Below are positions 18,594 to 29,415 of a stretch of 64,000 nucleotides of DNA, in pieces. Both the position numbers and the translations under genes were made by a program. Positions within the stretch are counted from its first letter, which is position 1; the number at the start of each line of letters is the position of its first letter. This stretch comes from Acidimicrobiia bacterium (GTDB lineage Bacteria > Actinomycetota > Acidimicrobiia > Acidimicrobiales > JANYDT01): NCBI GenBank assembly GCA_043720395.1, contig JAYSSR010000038.1:5689-69688 (forward strand), in the 5' to 3' direction. The notes below the pieces were generated by a model. The model made no database searches. It worked only from the letters and a program-made list of their open reading frames with translations, and was not told the DNA's origin.

Positions 18594-18875
18594 ATGACCT
18601 TCGCGGAGTTCCAGGCCCTCATCGAGCGGACGTACGGCGAGCGCGACCGTGCCCGCGGCCAGGCGGCAACGGTGGCCTGGCTCGCCGAGGAGACCGGTGA
18701 ACTGGCCAAGGCGGCACGCAAGGGAACTCGTGCGGAGCAGTTACACGAATTGGGCGACGTCATCGCCTGGGTGACGTCGCTCGCAAGCCAACTCGGGCTC
18801 TCGATGGAGGAGGCCATCGACCGTTACGCAGACGGTTGCCCACGCTGCGGCACCAGCCCGTGCTCGTGCCCGTAA
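18594..18875 (+). CDS. MazG-like nucleotide pyrophosphohydrolase (small, single domain)
   Basis: FAEFQALIERTYGERD...WLAEETGELAKAARKG...ELGDVIAWVTSLASQLGLSMEEAI (EExxE...D MazG pattern). I chose the ATG at 18594. Confidence 0.7.
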   Translation: MTFAEFQALIERTYGERDRARGQAATVAWLAEETGELAKAARKGTRAEQLHELGDVIAWVTSLASQLGLSMEEAIDRYADGCPRCGTSPCSCP

Positions 18876-18881
18876 CTCAGG

Positions 18882-19961
<1,080 letters not shown>

Positions 19962-20081
19962 TCAAGTTTCGCGCAGGTTCCGTCCCACCAGTGGCAGATT
20001 TCACGCCGTCGCGAGTCAGTGCGTGCGAATTCTCGCTCTCGGAGCGACAAGTCGCTCAACCGAACGCTGAAACCGAGCGAC

Positions 20082-20567
20082 TCAGACGTCGGGAGCGTCG
20101 AGCCCAAATGCCGTGTGGAGCGCCTGCACCGCGGCTTCGACCTGTCCGGCCGCGATCACGCACGACAGCCGAATTGTCGAGGTCGAGATCATCAAGATGT
20201 TGACGCCAGCTGCGGCCAGCGTCTCGAACATCGTGGCCGACACTCCGGGGTTGGTGCGCATGCCCGCGCCGACGATCGACACCCGCGCAACGTCGGCGTC
20301 GCTCGAAACCGATGCCGCCCCGATCTCGGTCGCGATGGGGTTGCAGACCTCCATGGCAATCGCGAGGTCCGACTTCGGCACGGTGAAGGAGATGTCGGTC
20401 GTGCCGTTGTGGGAGGTGTTCTGCACGATCATGTCGACGTTGACCCGCCGGTCGGCGAGCGCCCGAAAGAGCTGTGCGGCAATGCCCGGTCGGTCGGGCA
20501 CCGAGGCCACCGTGACCTTGGCTTCCGACGTGTCGTGGGTGATGCCGGAGACGACGGCGTCTTCCAT
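20082..20567 (-). CDS. lysC: Probable in-frame aspartate kinase beta subunit (internal start)
   Basis: The internal ATG (MEDAVVSGITHD...) is preceded by AAGGAGAG about 7-9 nt upstream on the coding strand. Corynebacterium and Mycobacterium ask genes are known to express a beta subunit from such an internal start. Confidence 0.5.
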   Translation of the reverse strand: MEDAVVSGITHDTSEAKVTVASVPDRPGIAAQLFRALADRRVNVDMIVQNTSHNGTTDISFTVPKSDLAIAMEVCNPIATEIGAASVSSDADVARVSIVGAGMRTNPGVSATMFETLAAAGVNILMISTSTIRLSCVIAAGQVEAAVQALHTAFGLDAPDV

Positions 20568-21356
20568 GGTCTGGCTCTCCTTGGTGATGATCGTGCCGGG
20601 CTCCCAGGTGAAGCTCGAACGCACGTGCAGCGTGACGTTGTGGTTGGCGGCGTATTCGACCGCTCGCAGCGCGACGACACCGGACCCGGAGCCCGCCATC
20701 TCGAGCATCTCGTCGGACGAGACGCGCTTCATCCGATGCGCTCTCGGGCAGATCCGGGGATCGGCGGTGAACACGCCGGTGACATCGGTATAGATCTCGC
20801 ATTCGGAAGCACCGACGGCGGCCGCAACCGCGACAGCCGTGGTATCGGACCCGCCGCGTCCGAGAGTGGTGATGTCCCGATCGGTCGACACACCCTGAAA
20901 ACCCGCGACGACCGGCACGAAGCCATAGTCCAGGGCCTCGCGGAGCCGGTCGGCCTTCACCTCAAGGATCTTGGCCCGCCCATGCTGGGTGTCGGTCAGG
21001 ATGCCTGCCTGGCTGCCGGTAAAGCTCTGCGAAGGGACGCCCAGATCGTCGATCGCCATTGCCACCAACGCCGCCGACATGCGCTCTCCCGCCGTCAGCA
21101 GCATGTCCATCTCTCGGTTGTCGCCCTTGAGCGGAACGTCACCCTTCTTGGTGGCCTTCTCGACCGGTCCCGCGTCGTTGGTCAGGACCGCGTTGGCGAG
21201 CCGGATCAGATCGTCGGTCGTCTTTCCCATGGCAGAGACGACCACCACGACCTGGTTCCCACGGCGAACCGTGCGAGCAACGTGGTCGGCGACGGTACGG
21301 ATGCGCTCGGGGTCACTCACCGAGGACCCGCCGAACTTCTGGACAATGAGTGCCAC
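20082..21356 (-). CDS. lysC: Aspartate kinase (alpha subunit reading frame)
   Basis: MALIVQKFGGSSV, GRGGSDTTAVAVA, and C-terminal tandem ACT domains. Confidence 0.95.
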   Translation of the reverse strand: MALIVQKFGGSSVSDPERIRTVADHVARTVRRGNQVVVVVSAMGKTTDDLIRLANAVLTNDAGPVEKATKKGDVPLKGDNREMDMLLTAGERMSAALVAMAIDDLGVPSQSFTGSQAGILTDTQHGRAKILEVKADRLREALDYGFVPVVAGFQGVSTDRDITTLGRGGSDTTAVAVAAAVGASECEIYTDVTGVFTADPRICPRAHRMKRVSSDEMLEMAGSGSGVVALRAVEYAANHNVTLHVRSSFTWEPGTIITKESQTMEDAVVSGITHDTSEAKVTVASVPDRPGIAAQLFRALADRRVNVDMIVQNTSHNGTTDISFTVPKSDLAIAMEVCNPIATEIGAASVSSDADVARVSIVGAGMRTNPGVSATMFETLAAAGVNILMISTSTIRLSCVIAAGQVEAAVQALHTAFGLDAPDV

Positions 21357-21416
21357 GGGCCGGGAACGCTAACCGACCATAGAGGCGTGGCAGACCGCAT
21401 TCCCGAGGGTTGGCGG

Positions 21417-23102
21417 TCAGGGGACGGTCGGAGGCGCGGCGACCTTGCGGTAAGGAAGGGTGGTCTTCGATGCTGCAGAGCCCGGCACCTGCGTCGTTGA
21501 AGGCCCGGCTGCGCTGGCATCCACGGCACCGAGCGCGACCTCACGTACCAGGCCGATGCCCGCTCGAATCTGGCCCGGCACCGTCACCGGTACGGTGGTC
21601 GCGGTGGCGGCCTGGCTGGCGCGGAGCAGAGCAGTGAAGTCGGTGCGACGGACGGCGTCGAGGAACGGATACGGGTTCACCGCAGGGCCGCCGCCCGGAT
21701 GAATCTCGAAATGGACGTGCGCTGGTGTGCCTCGTGCATTCCCGGTTGTGCCGACGAAACCGACGACTTGGCCTGGATCGACAAAGGAGCCGTCCTGGAT
21801 TCCCTCGGCAAACGCGGAAAGGTGCGCGTAGTAGTACTGCGTGCCGTCAGCACCGACAATCCAGAGCTTGTTTCCGCCGAGCACAGCGACACCGAGGCGT
21901 GCGACGACGCCACGCTGCACGGCCAGCAGTGGGGCACCCTGCGGGGCGAAGATGTCCGTGCCCTCGTGCGTGTGCGCGTACTTCGAGCCGGTCATGCGTG
22001 GCGCGCCGAAGGTGTCAACGAAGTTGAAGGGGGCCTGCACCGGGAACACGAACCCGCCGAGTGCAATCGCCGCGCCGCTCGTGATGCTCGCAAGTTGCTC
22101 CTGGACCTTGATCAGCGCATCGCCGAGAGCCTGCTGCTCGGACACGATCGTGTCGAGCTCAAGTTGCTTGTCGGCGATGATCCGAGCGATCTCCTCCTCC
22201 TTCGCCGCGATGGCCTTGACCTGGTCCTGGTAGGTGACGATGAGCCCAGTGTCGTCTTGCTGGGCTGCACCCACGAGGTCGAGGTTGCGGGCGAAGTCAT
22301 TCGCGTCCTCTGCGCTGAGTATTGAATCGATCTGCTCGATCTGCGAACCGGCGAACACCGACAATGCACGCGCTCGGAGCTTGGATTTCGTGAGTCCCAG
22401 TTCGCGCTCAATACGATCGATCTCGGCATTCACAGCTTCCTGGCGTTGCTTCAATGCGTCGAATGCCGCTGACGCCTCCGCCATTCGCTTCGTCGCTACA
22501 TCTGCGCGCTTTTCGGCAATGGCAACGAGCTTGCGTTGCTGTGCCCCGAGCTGACTGAGGATTTTCTCCAAGGACGCGTCCCGCGGTGGGATCTTGGCCG
22601 GAGGAAGCACGGGAATCCCAATCTTCGGCGCTTCGTCGCTGGACGCGTCGTCATCGGCCGCGTCGAGCCCCGTGATGTCGAGCAACGTCGTGGAGGTTTC
22701 GGGAATTGTGCTCGTGGTCGCGACCGGGTCGATGGTGGACGTTGTTTCGTCCGGAACAACGGAGACAACGGTCGCGGTTTCAAGCGGGGCCCCTGGATTG
22801 AGACCCCCCGGGACGACCGGGACAGACTCCGGGGACACCAGCAGCACAGGCACCGTCGGCGGTTCAGGGAGGGTTGTTGACGGCACGGTCGTGACAGGCG
22901 TCACCACAACGGGCTCTGTCGTGGTCGACGTGCTTGTGGGGTCCGGCACGGTCGATTCCACCTGCGCAACAACATTTGGCACAGCGAGGAGGAGGAGCAC
23001 CGGCAAGGTGAGCATCACAAGTGCAGCGACGCGAAAGAGCCGACGCTGTCCAGCAGTGCTGCTGGGAAACTGTGACGGGGCAGTTCGAGGTGGGGAAGAC
23101 AT
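21417..23102 (-). CDS. Secreted coiled-coil M23 (LytM-type) metallopeptidase
   Basis: TM/signal segment, a Thr/Pro-rich linker and a long coiled-coil region. The C-terminal M23 motifs HEGTDIFAP (HxxxD) and AHVHFEIH (HxH) are intact. I chose the ATG at 23102. Confidence 0.8.
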   Translation of the reverse strand: MSSPPRTAPSQFPSSTAGQRRLFRVAALVMLTLPVLLLLAVPNVVAQVESTVPDPTSTSTTTEPVVVTPVTTVPSTTLPEPPTVPVLLVSPESVPVVPGGLNPGAPLETATVVSVVPDETTSTIDPVATTSTIPETSTTLLDITGLDAADDDASSDEAPKIGIPVLPPAKIPPRDASLEKILSQLGAQQRKLVAIAEKRADVATKRMAEASAAFDALKQRQEAVNAEIDRIERELGLTKSKLRARALSVFAGSQIEQIDSILSAEDANDFARNLDLVGAAQQDDTGLIVTYQDQVKAIAAKEEEIARIIADKQLELDTIVSEQQALGDALIKVQEQLASITSGAAIALGGFVFPVQAPFNFVDTFGAPRMTGSKYAHTHEGTDIFAPQGAPLLAVQRGVVARLGVAVLGGNKLWIVGADGTQYYYAHLSAFAEGIQDGSFVDPGQVVGFVGTTGNARGTPAHVHFEIHPGGGPAVNPYPFLDAVRRTDFTALLRASQAATATTVPVTVPGQIRAGIGLVREVALGAVDASAAGPSTTQVPGSAASKTTLPYRKVAAPPTVP

Positions 23103-23203
23103 GGCTGGCAACGTCGGGCGGGAACAGAAACGGACTCGGACCAGTCCCACCGACCGGCCTCAGAGACTACCGTCTCGCTCCCCCCAAACCGGTTCTCCTC
23201 ACG

Positions 23204-24148
23204 ATGCCCAACTCGCCGGACGATCCTGCGGGTAACGTCTCGGCAATGTCCGGCGCCAATGTTCAGGGCGGCGAGTGGTCGGTGCGCCGTAACGCACTTC
23301 TGGCAGCAATCGCCACGGTTCTGGCGGTCGGCGGATCAAGTGTTGCAACGCACTTCGGGCGCGCCGGATCGGGTCAGGCAACCGGCAAGCCTCCTGTCGA
23401 AACGACATCACCGTCCAGGGTGGGACTGACCACGTCCACGAGCGCTACGTCCATGAGCGCCCCATCGACCACGACAACGACCGCGGCAGCGATGACGACC
23501 GCGGCAGCGACGACGACCGCGGCAGCGACGACGACCAGCACTCTCGCTCCTCTGTCCTGCCCAAAGGCCAAAGGTCCGACGCCGCGCATCGCTGCATTCC
23601 CCTCGCCGCCGCCGATCTGCATCGACACCCAGGCGACGTATCGCGCCACGATCGAAACCTCCGATGGTGCCATCACCGTTCTGCTCGATGCAGTCGGTGC
23701 CCCGATCGCTACCAACAACTTTGTCTACCTCGCCCGCTATCACTTCTACGACGGGCTCACCTTCCACCGCATCGTGCCGGGATTCGTCATCCAGTCGGGG
23801 GACCCACTCGGCACGGGCAGCGGCGGCCCCGGCTACATGTTCCCCGACGAGCTACCGCGAACGCCCGGGTACCCAATCGGTGCGGTGGCGATGTCGAACG
23901 GAAACCCGACCCGGCCCGACTCCAACGGGAGCCAGTTCTTCATCGTGGTCGGCCGCGCCGGCGAGGATCTCGAACCGCTTTACCCCCTGTTCGGAAAGGT
24001 CACGGAGGGTTTGGCCACAGCAAAGCTGATCGGCCGCGTCGACACCGATCAATCAACAACCACCAGCACACCCGGGGAGCCAGCCACGATTGTGCGGATC
24101 ACAATCACCGCCGAAAACGAGCGCCCGGACCTGGGTCGCCTACCCTGA
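23204..24148 (+). CDS. Membrane-anchored cyclophilin-type peptidyl-prolyl isomerase
   Basis: TM helix LLAAIATVLAVGG, a Thr/Ala-rich linker, then FHRIVPGFVIQSGDPLGTGSGGPGY and GSQFFIV. The start is 23204 or 23246. Confidence 0.8.
   Translation: MPNSPDDPAGNVSAMSGANVQGGEWSVRRNALLAAIATVLAVGGSSVATHFGRAGSGQATGKPPVETTSPSRVGLTTSTSATSMSAPSTTTTTAAAMTTAAATTTAAATTTSTLAPLSCPKAKGPTPRIAAFPSPPPICIDTQATYRATIETSDGAITVLLDAVGAPIATNNFVYLARYHFYDGLTFHRIVPGFVIQSGDPLGTGSGGPGYMFPDELPRTPGYPIGAVAMSNGNPTRPDSNGSQFFIVVGRAGEDLEPLYPLFGKVTEGLATAKLIGRVDTDQSTTTSTPGEPATIVRITITAENERPDLGRLP
23477..23530 (+). repeat. 3 x 18-bp tandem coding repeat (ACGACCGCGGCAGCGAYG)
   Basis: Seen directly. Encodes TTAAAM/TTAAAT/TTAAAT in the PPIase linker. 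Confidence 0.9.
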
Positions 24149-24196
24149 CCACTCCGAATCACCCCACCAAAGCCCCCGACATGAGGTCTTCAAGCA

Positions 24197-24754
24197 ATGA
24201 CGACGCCCGCCAGCCCCGCCGCCGATGGATCGAGCCCGAAGACACAGCGCTTCACTGGACCACCAGAGATGTGCATCGACCAATCCAAGACGTACTCGGC
24301 CGAGATGGTCACTTCGATGGGCACGGTGGTCATCGCCCTCGACCCGATCAACGCACCGAAAACCGTCAATAACTTTGTGTTCCTTGCCCGCTATCACTAC
24401 TTCGAGGGTGTCGTCTTTCACCGCATCATTCAGGGCTTCATGTGCCAGGGCGGCGACCCCGAAGGAAGCGGGCGCGGAGGGCCCGGCTACAAATTCGCCG
24501 ATGAACTTCCGAAGCCCGGACGCTACGAAATCGGTTCGGTGGCCATGGCCAACGCAGGCCCGAACACGAACGGCTCACAGTTCTTCCTCATCAGCGGTCC
24601 GAGCGGCGTCCGGCTCCCGCCCTCGTACTCGCTGTTCGGCAAGATCGTGAAGGGCCTCGACGTGCTCGACAAGATGGAAAAGGTCCAGACCGGTGCGGGC
24701 GATCGCCCGGTCACGCCGGTGACCATCGACAAGGTGACGATCACCGAGTCCTGA
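24197..24754 (+). CDS. Cyclophilin-type peptidyl-prolyl isomerase (soluble)
   Basis: FHRIIQGFMCQGGDPEGSGRGGPGYKFADE and GSQFFLI. Confidence 0.9.
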   Translation: MTTPASPAADGSSPKTQRFTGPPEMCIDQSKTYSAEMVTSMGTVVIALDPINAPKTVNNFVFLARYHYFEGVVFHRIIQGFMCQGGDPEGSGRGGPGYKFADELPKPGRYEIGSVAMANAGPNTNGSQFFLISGPSGVRLPPSYSLFGKIVKGLDVLDKMEKVQTGAGDRPVTPVTIDKVTITES

Positions 24755-24769
24755 TGGCAACCTCCCGCG

Positions 24770-25450
24770 TTACGTAAACGTAAGTGTACGTAGGTTTGAC
24801 AAATCGGAGGTGTCGGTTCCGTTTGCGTGAATGCGAACGGACCCGGCACCTTCGACGCGCCAAGCCCCGGTTGGATCACGCAGCAGCGCAGTGCGCTCCG
24901 AGATCATAGCGACGGTGACGTTGCTCCCGGCGAGTCGCATCGTCCGCTTCGTGCGTTCATCGGACCATTCATGCGCATGGGGCAGCACGGCGAGGCCCGG
25001 AACCACGCCCAGGCCGAGTGTGAACGCGCCACCTCGCGGGTCGAGCATCGGGTCTCCGAGGGCCATCGCTCCCGCCGAGGAAGCAGCCAGCGTTGCCCCT
25101 CCCCGCCACGCCTCGACCAGTGCATCGAGCGCTGGCGTGTCCTTCAGGACGCTGCGCAAATGCATCGGCGAACCTCCTGCGATGTAGATGAACGAGGAGG
25201 CCGCAAGCTGAGCGGCGAGCGTCGTATCTTCGGCGTCTCGGCGTGCGAGGATCGGGCAGGCAACGACGATTGCGCCGAGCGCAGCGAACCACGACGTCGC
25301 GGTTCGAACGGCGGCATCAGGTTGCTCGAACGCGGCGGCTGTGGGGAGCACCGTCACGGTGTTCGTTGCGGAGCGCTTGACGAGGTCAGCGTCAAAGTCA
25401 CAGCCGTCCGTCCATTCGTTTCCTCCGACTAGGGCGAGCCAACCGTGCAT
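24770..25450 (-). CDS. Peptidase S51 family / class I glutamine-amidotransferase-like protein (cyanophycinase/dipeptidase E-like)
   Basis: FIYIAGGSPMHL and LAASSAGAMAL (nucleophile-elbow Ser). ~226 aa. Confidence 0.65.
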   Translation of the reverse strand: MHGWLALVGGNEWTDGCDFDADLVKRSATNTVTVLPTAAAFEQPDAAVRTATSWFAALGAIVVACPILARRDAEDTTLAAQLAASSFIYIAGGSPMHLRSVLKDTPALDALVEAWRGGATLAASSAGAMALGDPMLDPRGGAFTLGLGVVPGLAVLPHAHEWSDERTKRTMRLAGSNVTVAMISERTALLRDPTGAWRVEGAGSVRIHANGTDTSDLSNLRTLTFT

Positions 25451-25552
25451 GACCGAACCCTACCGGTCAAGCCGCGTCATCACGTTGAGCCACCATGCGT
25501 TCGTCGGAGGTTGGGCTGGTGCTCGCGGGAGCAAGCAGACCAGACTGTCGCC

Positions 25553-27505
25553 ATGGAGCACACCCCGCAGACGCGTCGACGCGACGAACCGTGGGTCATG
25601 CGGACGTACTCGGGTCATTCGAGTGCCGAAGCGTCAAACGCTCTCTATCGGAGCAACCTCGAAAAGGGTCAAACGGGCCTCTCCATCGCCTTCGACCTGC
25701 CGACGCAAACGGGCTACGACCCCGACGCACCGCAGGCGCGGGGGGAGGTCGGCAAGGTGGGCGTGCCGGTGGTGCATCTGGGCGATATGAAGACGCTGAT
25801 GGACCGAATCCCGGTCGAGCAGATGAACACGTCCATGACGATCAATGCGCCCGCAGCATGGATGCTCGGGTTGTACATCGCCAACGCGATGGAACTCGGT
25901 GTCGATCAACGGCTGCTGCAGGGCACCACACAGAACGACATCGTGAAGGAGTACCTGTCGCGAGGGACGTACATCTACCCGCCTGCACCGTCGCGGCGAC
26001 TGATCGTTGACATGGTGGCTTACACCGTGCGCCACGTCCCGAAATGGAACCCGATCAACGTTTGCAGCTACCACCTGCAGGAGGCAGGGGCGACGCCGAC
26101 GCAGGAACTCGCGTACGCACTCGCGACGGCGATCGACGTCCTCGACGCGGTTCGAGCCAGCGGCCAGCTCACCGACGACGAGTTCCCCGAGGTAGTCGGC
26201 CGGATCTCGTTCTTCGTGAATGCCGGCATCAGGTTCGTGGAGGAAATGTGCAAGATGCGCGCCTTCACGAAGCTGTGGGACCGGATCTGCCTTGAGCGAT
26301 ACGGGGTCCAGGACGCGAAGCTCCGACGCTTCCGGTACGGACTCCAGGTGAACTCGCTCGGGCTCACCGAAGCGCAGCCGGAGAACAATGTGCAGCGCAT
26401 CGTGCTGGAAATGCTTGGCGTCACGCTGTCGCGCGACGCCCGCGCCCGCGCCGTGCAGCTCCCCGCATGGAACGAGGCGCTTGGCCTTCCTCGGCCGTGG
26501 GACCAGCAGTGGTCGTTGCGGATGCAGCAGGTCCTCGCGTTCGAGACCGACCTGCTCGAACACGATGATCTCTTCAACGGCTCCGTCGTGGTCGAGCGCA
26601 AAGTCGACGAAATGTGCGATGCCGCGATGGCGGAACTCGACGACGTGATCGCCCTTGGCGGCGCGTTCGAGGCGATAGGGGAACTTAAGGCACGATTAGT
26701 ACGTTCACATACGGAACGCACGCGGCGCATCGAGAACGGCGACCTTCGTGTCGTGGGTGTCAACTGCTTCACCTCGTCGGAAGACTCACCGCTCGGGGGC
26801 GCGGACCACATTTTGACGGTCGATCCGGCAGTCGAGCAGCAGTTGATCGACGGCGTGGTTGCGTGGCGTGCAGGACGTGATGCGCGGGCTGCGGCCCTTG
26901 CGATCGACGGCATCCGCCGCGCCGCTGAGACCGGCGAGAACATGATGCCGGTGACGATCGCGGCGGCACAGGCTGGCGTGACCACCGGCGAATGGGCCGG
27001 CGCCTTGCGGTCCGTCTTCGGCGAATATCGAGGGCCAACCGGGGTGTCCTCGGGGGGTGGCCGTCGAAGCGACGGCCTCGCCGCGTTGGCGGTTCGCAAC
27101 AAGGCACGATCGGGCGGCCCTCCGAAGCTTCTCGTTGCCAAGCCCGGCCTCGACGGTCATTCCAACGGGGCCGAACAGATTGCCGTTGCTGCCCGAGACG
27201 CCGGCATGGAAGTCATCTACCAGGGCATCCGGCTTTCCCCCGAACAGATCGCGGCCACGGCGCGCGATGAGGACCCCGATCTCATCGGCATCTCGATTCT
27301 CTCCGGGTCGCACCTCCACCTCGTTCCCGAGCTCATGGAACGACTGCGATCCCTTGGTGTCGACGCACCGGTCATCGTCGGCGGGATCATCCCCGAAGCG
27401 GATCGGGCCACGCTTGCCGCTGCGGGCGTAGCACGGGTGTACACACCGAAGGACTTCGACATCACGAAGATCATGACGGACCTCACGGAGATGGCCGGAG
27501 CGTAA
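25553..27505 (+). CDS. Single-chain B12-dependent acyl-CoA mutase, ethylmalonyl-CoA mutase (MeaA/Ecm)-like
   Basis: WVMRTYSGHSSAEASNALYRSNLEKGQTGLSIAFDLPTQTGYD (mutase TIM domain) plus a C-terminal B12-binding domain, LVAKPGLDGHSNGAE (DxHxxG). ccr and an epimerase lie nearby. The mutase family call is confident; the ethylmalonyl substrate specificity is inferred. I chose the ATG at 25553. Confidence 0.75.
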   Translation: MEHTPQTRRRDEPWVMRTYSGHSSAEASNALYRSNLEKGQTGLSIAFDLPTQTGYDPDAPQARGEVGKVGVPVVHLGDMKTLMDRIPVEQMNTSMTINAPAAWMLGLYIANAMELGVDQRLLQGTTQNDIVKEYLSRGTYIYPPAPSRRLIVDMVAYTVRHVPKWNPINVCSYHLQEAGATPTQELAYALATAIDVLDAVRASGQLTDDEFPEVVGRISFFVNAGIRFVEEMCKMRAFTKLWDRICLERYGVQDAKLRRFRYGLQVNSLGLTEAQPENNVQRIVLEMLGVTLSRDARARAVQLPAWNEALGLPRPWDQQWSLRMQQVLAFETDLLEHDDLFNGSVVVERKVDEMCDAAMAELDDVIALGGAFEAIGELKARLVRSHTERTRRIENGDLRVVGVNCFTSSEDSPLGGADHILTVDPAVEQQLIDGVVAWRAGRDARAAALAIDGIRRAAETGENMMPVTIAAAQAGVTTGEWAGALRSVFGEYRGPTGVSSGGGRRSDGLAALAVRNKARSGGPPKLLVAKPGLDGHSNGAEQIAVAARDAGMEVIYQGIRLSPEQIAATARDEDPDLIGISILSGSHLHLVPELMERLRSLGVDAPVIVGGIIPEADRATLAAAGVARVYTPKDFDITKIMTDLTEMAGA

Positions 27506-27527
27506 GGCCCGCGACAGTTGCCGTCGT

Positions 27528-28523
27528 TCAGCGGAAGAACGCCAGGCCGATCCCGATCGGAAGGACGATAAATGCCACCACGGTGAGAATGGTCGCAATC
27601 AAGGCGAACGACCGGGCCGAGTCTTTCGGAGCTTTCCCGCAGGCCCCGATCGTCTCCCACAATGCCTTCAGTGGGGCGTCGAGGGTGAGCTTGATCCGAT
27701 GACGCGCCACCGCCGCGCCGCGCAGGATCGACCAGGTAAGGAGCGCAAAGATCAAGAACATCACCATGGTGGCGATGATCAGTCCAACCTTGGTCTTCGT
27801 GCCCTCCAACGCGCTGCTCATCGCAGAACCCAGCCACGAGACCGCTGCACCGCCAAGGAGAAAGGTGGGAACGCCCAACGGGTTCTTCTTGAGCGTCGGC
27901 ATCATGCGCTCGGCGTCAATGCGAGCACGCCGGAGCATGAACCGCTCGGGAATGTCCTTCGCTGAATTGGCCTCACGGCGGAGATAGAGGTTGCGGACCG
28001 ACATGATCACCTCGGCCTGGTAATTCCGCACAATGAACCGCGTGATGAGCTGCACGAGCCAACTTGTCAATGGCGTCAGCACGCCCATCTTTGCGTTGAC
28101 ACCGCGGGCACCGTTTCGATCGAGTACTTCAAGCGCCCGCATGACGAGGCGATGCGCCTCCTCGAATTTCTCCGGCATCCAGAGTGGTTTTCGGGCGGAG
28201 ATCTCATGGACGATGTCCCGCTCGACCGCGCCGCCCGCACCGAACTCCTGGAGAATCTTGTCGGTGGCGTCGGTGTCATCGGTGTGGCTGAGGAGACGAA
28301 ACGCGGCGAGCCGGTCGGTGAACTCGTCGACCAAGGCGAACTTCTCCTCGACAGCAACGATCGCCGGCGTGTTTTCTGTCGATCCGATGGGTTCGACCTG
28401 TTTCTCGTTCGACGTCACGACCTGTGAAGGTAGTGCGACGCGGAGCGCCGTGCAGTGTCGTTCGCACTTCGGCAGCAGGTGAACGGCAGCCGTCCAACCG
28501 CACGAGAGATCGCACAGCGCCAC
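27528..28523 (-). CDS. Hypothetical membrane protein
   Basis: Long ORF with a soluble N-terminal half and 3-4 C-terminal TM helices (VPTFLLGGAAVSWLG, LIIATMVMFLIFALLTWSIL, FALIATILTVVAFIVLPIGIGLAFF). No family recognised. Start uncertain. Confidence 0.5.
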   Translation of the reverse strand: MALCDLSCGWTAAVHLLPKCERHCTALRVALPSQVVTSNEKQVEPIGSTENTPAIVAVEEKFALVDEFTDRLAAFRLLSHTDDTDATDKILQEFGAGGAVERDIVHEISARKPLWMPEKFEEAHRLVMRALEVLDRNGARGVNAKMGVLTPLTSWLVQLITRFIVRNYQAEVIMSVRNLYLRREANSAKDIPERFMLRRARIDAERMMPTLKKNPLGVPTFLLGGAAVSWLGSAMSSALEGTKTKVGLIIATMVMFLIFALLTWSILRGAAVARHRIKLTLDAPLKALWETIGACGKAPKDSARSFALIATILTVVAFIVLPIGIGLAFFR

Positions 28524-28616
28524 GTTTTCGGTACAGAGTCACGCTGCACCGTCAACGTGGCGCTGTAGCCGCACTCGTGCCAGGACGCCGACAGAAGCCG
28601 TGCTGCCGGGGATTGG

Positions 28617-29201
28617 CTATTTCTTGCCGGTCGAGCCTGGGCGGGTGATCGGGATCGCCTGCAACCACTCCGGCACATCGTCGGGGGCCCAACTTTCGGC
28701 GACCAGCGTCAACGTGCTCACGAGTGGAACATCGAAGTCGATCGATGCACCCGAACGATCCACGAGGACGCCGACACCGACCGGCGTTGCCCCGACAGAA
28801 GCGACTAACGCGAGGCACTCACGTATCGATCCCCCGGTCGTCAGCACATCATCGACGATCAGCACACGCATGCCGGCGGTCAAGTGATCGGGTCGGCGCA
28901 CGACACGGGTGTTGTCCGGACCCTTCTCGCCGTACGCTGCCGGCAGATTGAGACGACGCCCAACTTCATACGCGAGCACGATCCCGAGCGTCGTCGGACC
29001 GAGCACGACGTCGGCCACGATTCCCGTGGCGGTTGCACGGCGGGCAAGCTCCTCGCCCAACGTCGCAACATGCTGCGGCCAGCGGAGCACGTCGAACTTC
29101 TCGAAGTAGCGGCCGGAGTGGCGGCCGCTGGTCAGCACGAAGTGGCCGCTCATGAGCGCGCCGCACTGCTCGAACAGCCGCAGCGTCTCGTCGTCGGTCA
29201 T
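28617..29201 (-). CDS. pyrE: Orotate phosphoribosyltransferase
   Basis: GHFVLTSGRHSGRYF and the PRPP-binding motif VLIVDDVLTTGGS. I chose the ATG at 29201; the track extension overlaps the epsilon-subunit gene. Confidence 0.8.
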   Translation of the reverse strand: MTDDETLRLFEQCGALMSGHFVLTSGRHSGRYFEKFDVLRWPQHVATLGEELARRATATGIVADVVLGPTTLGIVLAYEVGRRLNLPAAYGEKGPDNTRVVRRPDHLTAGMRVLIVDDVLTTGGSIRECLALVASVGATPVGVGVLVDRSGASIDFDVPLVSTLTLVAESWAPDDVPEWLQAIPITRPGSTGKK

Positions 29202-29220
29202 GAGATGGGCACAACAACGA

Positions 29221-29415
29221 TCATGGGCGACGGCGGTCGCCCGCGGAGCGCGTGCTGCGGGCCCACGCGCGGCCCGACCAACGCCAAGAAGACGCAGCAG
29301 ACGGCGCACGGGTACTCGCAGCCACGAGCACCGGACGCGGCCACGCGAACTCGACCGCAGCTGCGATCGCTGCGGCCTCCTCATCGGAGGGTACGGGTGT
29401 GATCAGTAGCGTCAC
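29221..29415 (-). CDS. Acyl-CoA carboxylase epsilon subunit-like small protein
   Basis: ITPVPSDEEAAAIAAAV followed by SSWRWSGRAW resembles AccE-type peptides. Its start overlaps the pccB stop by 4 nt, the classic position. Confidence 0.5.
   Translation of the reverse strand: MTLLITPVPSDEEAAAIAAAVEFAWPRPVLVAASTRAPSAASSWRWSGRAWARSTRSAGDRRRP

Noticed and set aside
20019-21500. 493-aa plus-strand ORF opposite lysC. Similar long antisense ORFs: 33414-34625 (+), 35200-36243 (-), 25634-26563 (-), 26068-27141 (-), 48606-50078 (+), 50601-51986 (+), 61842-63101 (+), 9559-10503 (-), 40799-41632 (-), 36752-37708 (-), 15909-17273 (-)
   Set aside because: Each lies antisense to a gene with unambiguous family motifs. 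Their translations are Arg/Gly/Pro/His-rich with no recognisable motifs. These are typical mirror-frame open reading in high-GC DNA.
25451-25552. Possible cobalamin riboswitch upstream of the B12-dependent mutase
   Set aside because: The gap is only ~100 nt and I could not find a B12-box-like consensus or the required multi-stem architecture.
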